A stretch of 723 nt of DNA, from the sequence record AF056263.1; one strand, written 5' to 3'. Numbering within the stretch: position 1 is the first letter of the stretch; every line of letters starts with the position of its first letter. Position numbers and translations under genes: made by a program. Shown here in pieces: positions 1 through 723 of the stretch. Source of the stretch: a phage. The notes under the pieces were generated by a model. It had not been told where the DNA came from. It saw only the letters and a list, made by a program, of their open reading frames with translations, and did no database searches.

Positions 1-655
1 AGTANNTTGCCNAANTNNCNAATAANNNTATNTNNNCGTNTTGNCCCAATACNTTCAACACCACGAATATTATNTCNTAGATCCCCCATAATTGCTTTTA
101 GAGAGATAAACTGNTCTACATTGTCAACATTANGATGNTCANACATATCACGANGATGATATTCACGANGTGTTGTGAAAGAAAANCGAGAAACTTTATC
201 TGTTAGTAAAGTATCCCAGTCACCGTCTGTNGAGATTAACCAAACATGATCATATAGATGCCCCAATGAGTTTAACAATATAAGCCGCCATATCATCTGC
301 TTCTACACCANGAAATAGTGAAAGTTGGGAATGTAGTTTCACATAATTCGAAAGCATNTCTCAAATACTCGAAGAACTGCTCATCTAGTGCTTTCTCNTC
401 TTCCGTACGCTGCGAGTATTTCTCATCTCGATTCCCCTTATACTCAGGAAGATGCTCTAAGCGGAATGCAGANTTCCCTTTATCCCCTNAAACTATTGTA
501 GTTCTAGCAGAATAAGATTTTGCTNGANACTGGATAGTGGAAACATAACTNNAGGCAAATGGTTTTTTACTGNTGTTATGTTTGAAGCGAAAGCCTAAGT
601 TAGTTCCATCGACAATCATTAGGTNACGACGGGANACATTTCGCTCTCTCTCCAT
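1..655 (-). CDS. D15: Flap endonuclease / 5'-3' exonuclease, phage T5 D15-type (N-terminal ~228 codons; 3' end of gene lies beyond window position 1; start codon uncertain and possibly ~30 nt upstream of 655; two apparent +1 homopolymer frameshifts at 313..315 and 261..264, most likely read errors)
   Basis: Seen in sequence: minus-strand ORF 293..655 translates to ...RR.LMIVDGTNLGFRFKHN.SKKPFA.SYVSTIQ..AKSYSARTTIV.GDKG.SAFRLEHLPEYKGNRDEKYSQRTE.EKALDEQFFEYLR.AFELCETTFPTFTI. By hand translation of the reverse complement, after removing one base at 313..315 and one at 261..264 the strand continues as RGVEADDMAAYIVKLIGHLYDHVWLISTDGDWDTLLTDKVSRFSFTT.REYH.RDM..H.NVDNVE.QFISLKAIMGDL..NIRGVE.IG..R... 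down to position 1 with no stop. Established knowledge: this matches, almost residue for residue, the T5 D15 flap endonuclease as I recall it. The FEN hallmarks are present: Asp in MIVDG, the YKGNR motif (equivalent of Pol I 5'-nuclease YKAGR), the acidic clusters VEADD and STDGD, and the H3TH motif GDLGDNIRGVEGIG. Not confirmed by any search. Confidence 0.9.
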
Positions 656-723
656 AATTTCCCGGANTNCCCNNNGTAATGAATCCCGNCANGCGANGTN
701 CCCCGNCCATAANGATNNAATCC

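Noticed and set aside
293-295. TGA stop codon ending the 120-aa minus-strand ORF
   Set aside because: It is out of frame across the conserved Asp-Asp codons (gat-gat at 292..297) and is only reached because of the extra base at 313..315. It is not the true end of the gene.
318-515. Plus-strand ORF of 65 aa (MKVGNVVSHNSKA...)
   Set aside because: Lies entirely antisense to the strongly supported flap endonuclease coding sequence, contains several N-derived X residues, has no recognisable motif, and is the size expected by chance in AT-rich DNA.
563-568. T6 homopolymer run (A6 on the coding strand)
   Set aside because: Encodes the conserved Lys-Lys of NNSKKPF with the frame intact. It is a potential slippage-prone site but shows no anomaly here.
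641-652. Short TC/GA dinucleotide run (ctctctctc on plus strand)
   Set aside because: Only about 4-5 repeat units, inside or next to the N-terminal coding region (reads E-R-E-R). Too short to call a microsatellite or regulatory element, though it may contribute to indel errors near the start.
1-655. Interpretation as a genuinely frameshifted pseudogene
   Set aside because: Both frameshifts are single-base homopolymer length changes in a read full of N calls, and all catalytic residues are otherwise intact. Sequencing error is the more economical explanation, though this cannot be proven without better data.
658-663. Purine-rich GGGAAA just upstream of the ATG at 653..655 (minus strand), a possible Shine-Dalgarno
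   Set aside because: Spacing to the ATG is very short, and comparison with T5 D15 suggests this region is itself coding (roughly the G-K codons of the N-terminus), so it is probably not a ribosome-binding site.
1-723. Searched for tRNA, CRISPR repeats, inverted repeats/terminators, or mobile-element ends
   Set aside because: None found: the window is occupied end to end by a single coding sequence, with no repeated spacer-repeat structure and no convincing stem-loop followed by a T-tract.

Overview
This 723-nt window is a low-quality read (scattered N calls, dense at both ends) that is almost entirely coding on the minus strand. It encodes the N-terminal ~228 residues of a bacteriophage T5-type flap endonuclease / 5'-3' exonuclease (T5 gene D15, FEN family). 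The supplied minus-strand ORF 293..655 is only the first part of the gene: once one extra base in each of two homopolymer runs (A-run 313..315, C-run 261..264) is discounted, the same strand reads on without interruption to position 1 and beyond the window. The TGA at 293..295 is therefore a frameshift artefact, and the plus-strand ORF 318..515 is antisense noise. The true start codon probably lies a little upstream of 655 in the N-rich region and cannot be fixed from this read. I see no evidence of a novel system; this is a well-characterised phage replication/recombination nuclease. The protein identification rests on my recollection of the T5 D15 sequence, not on a database search.
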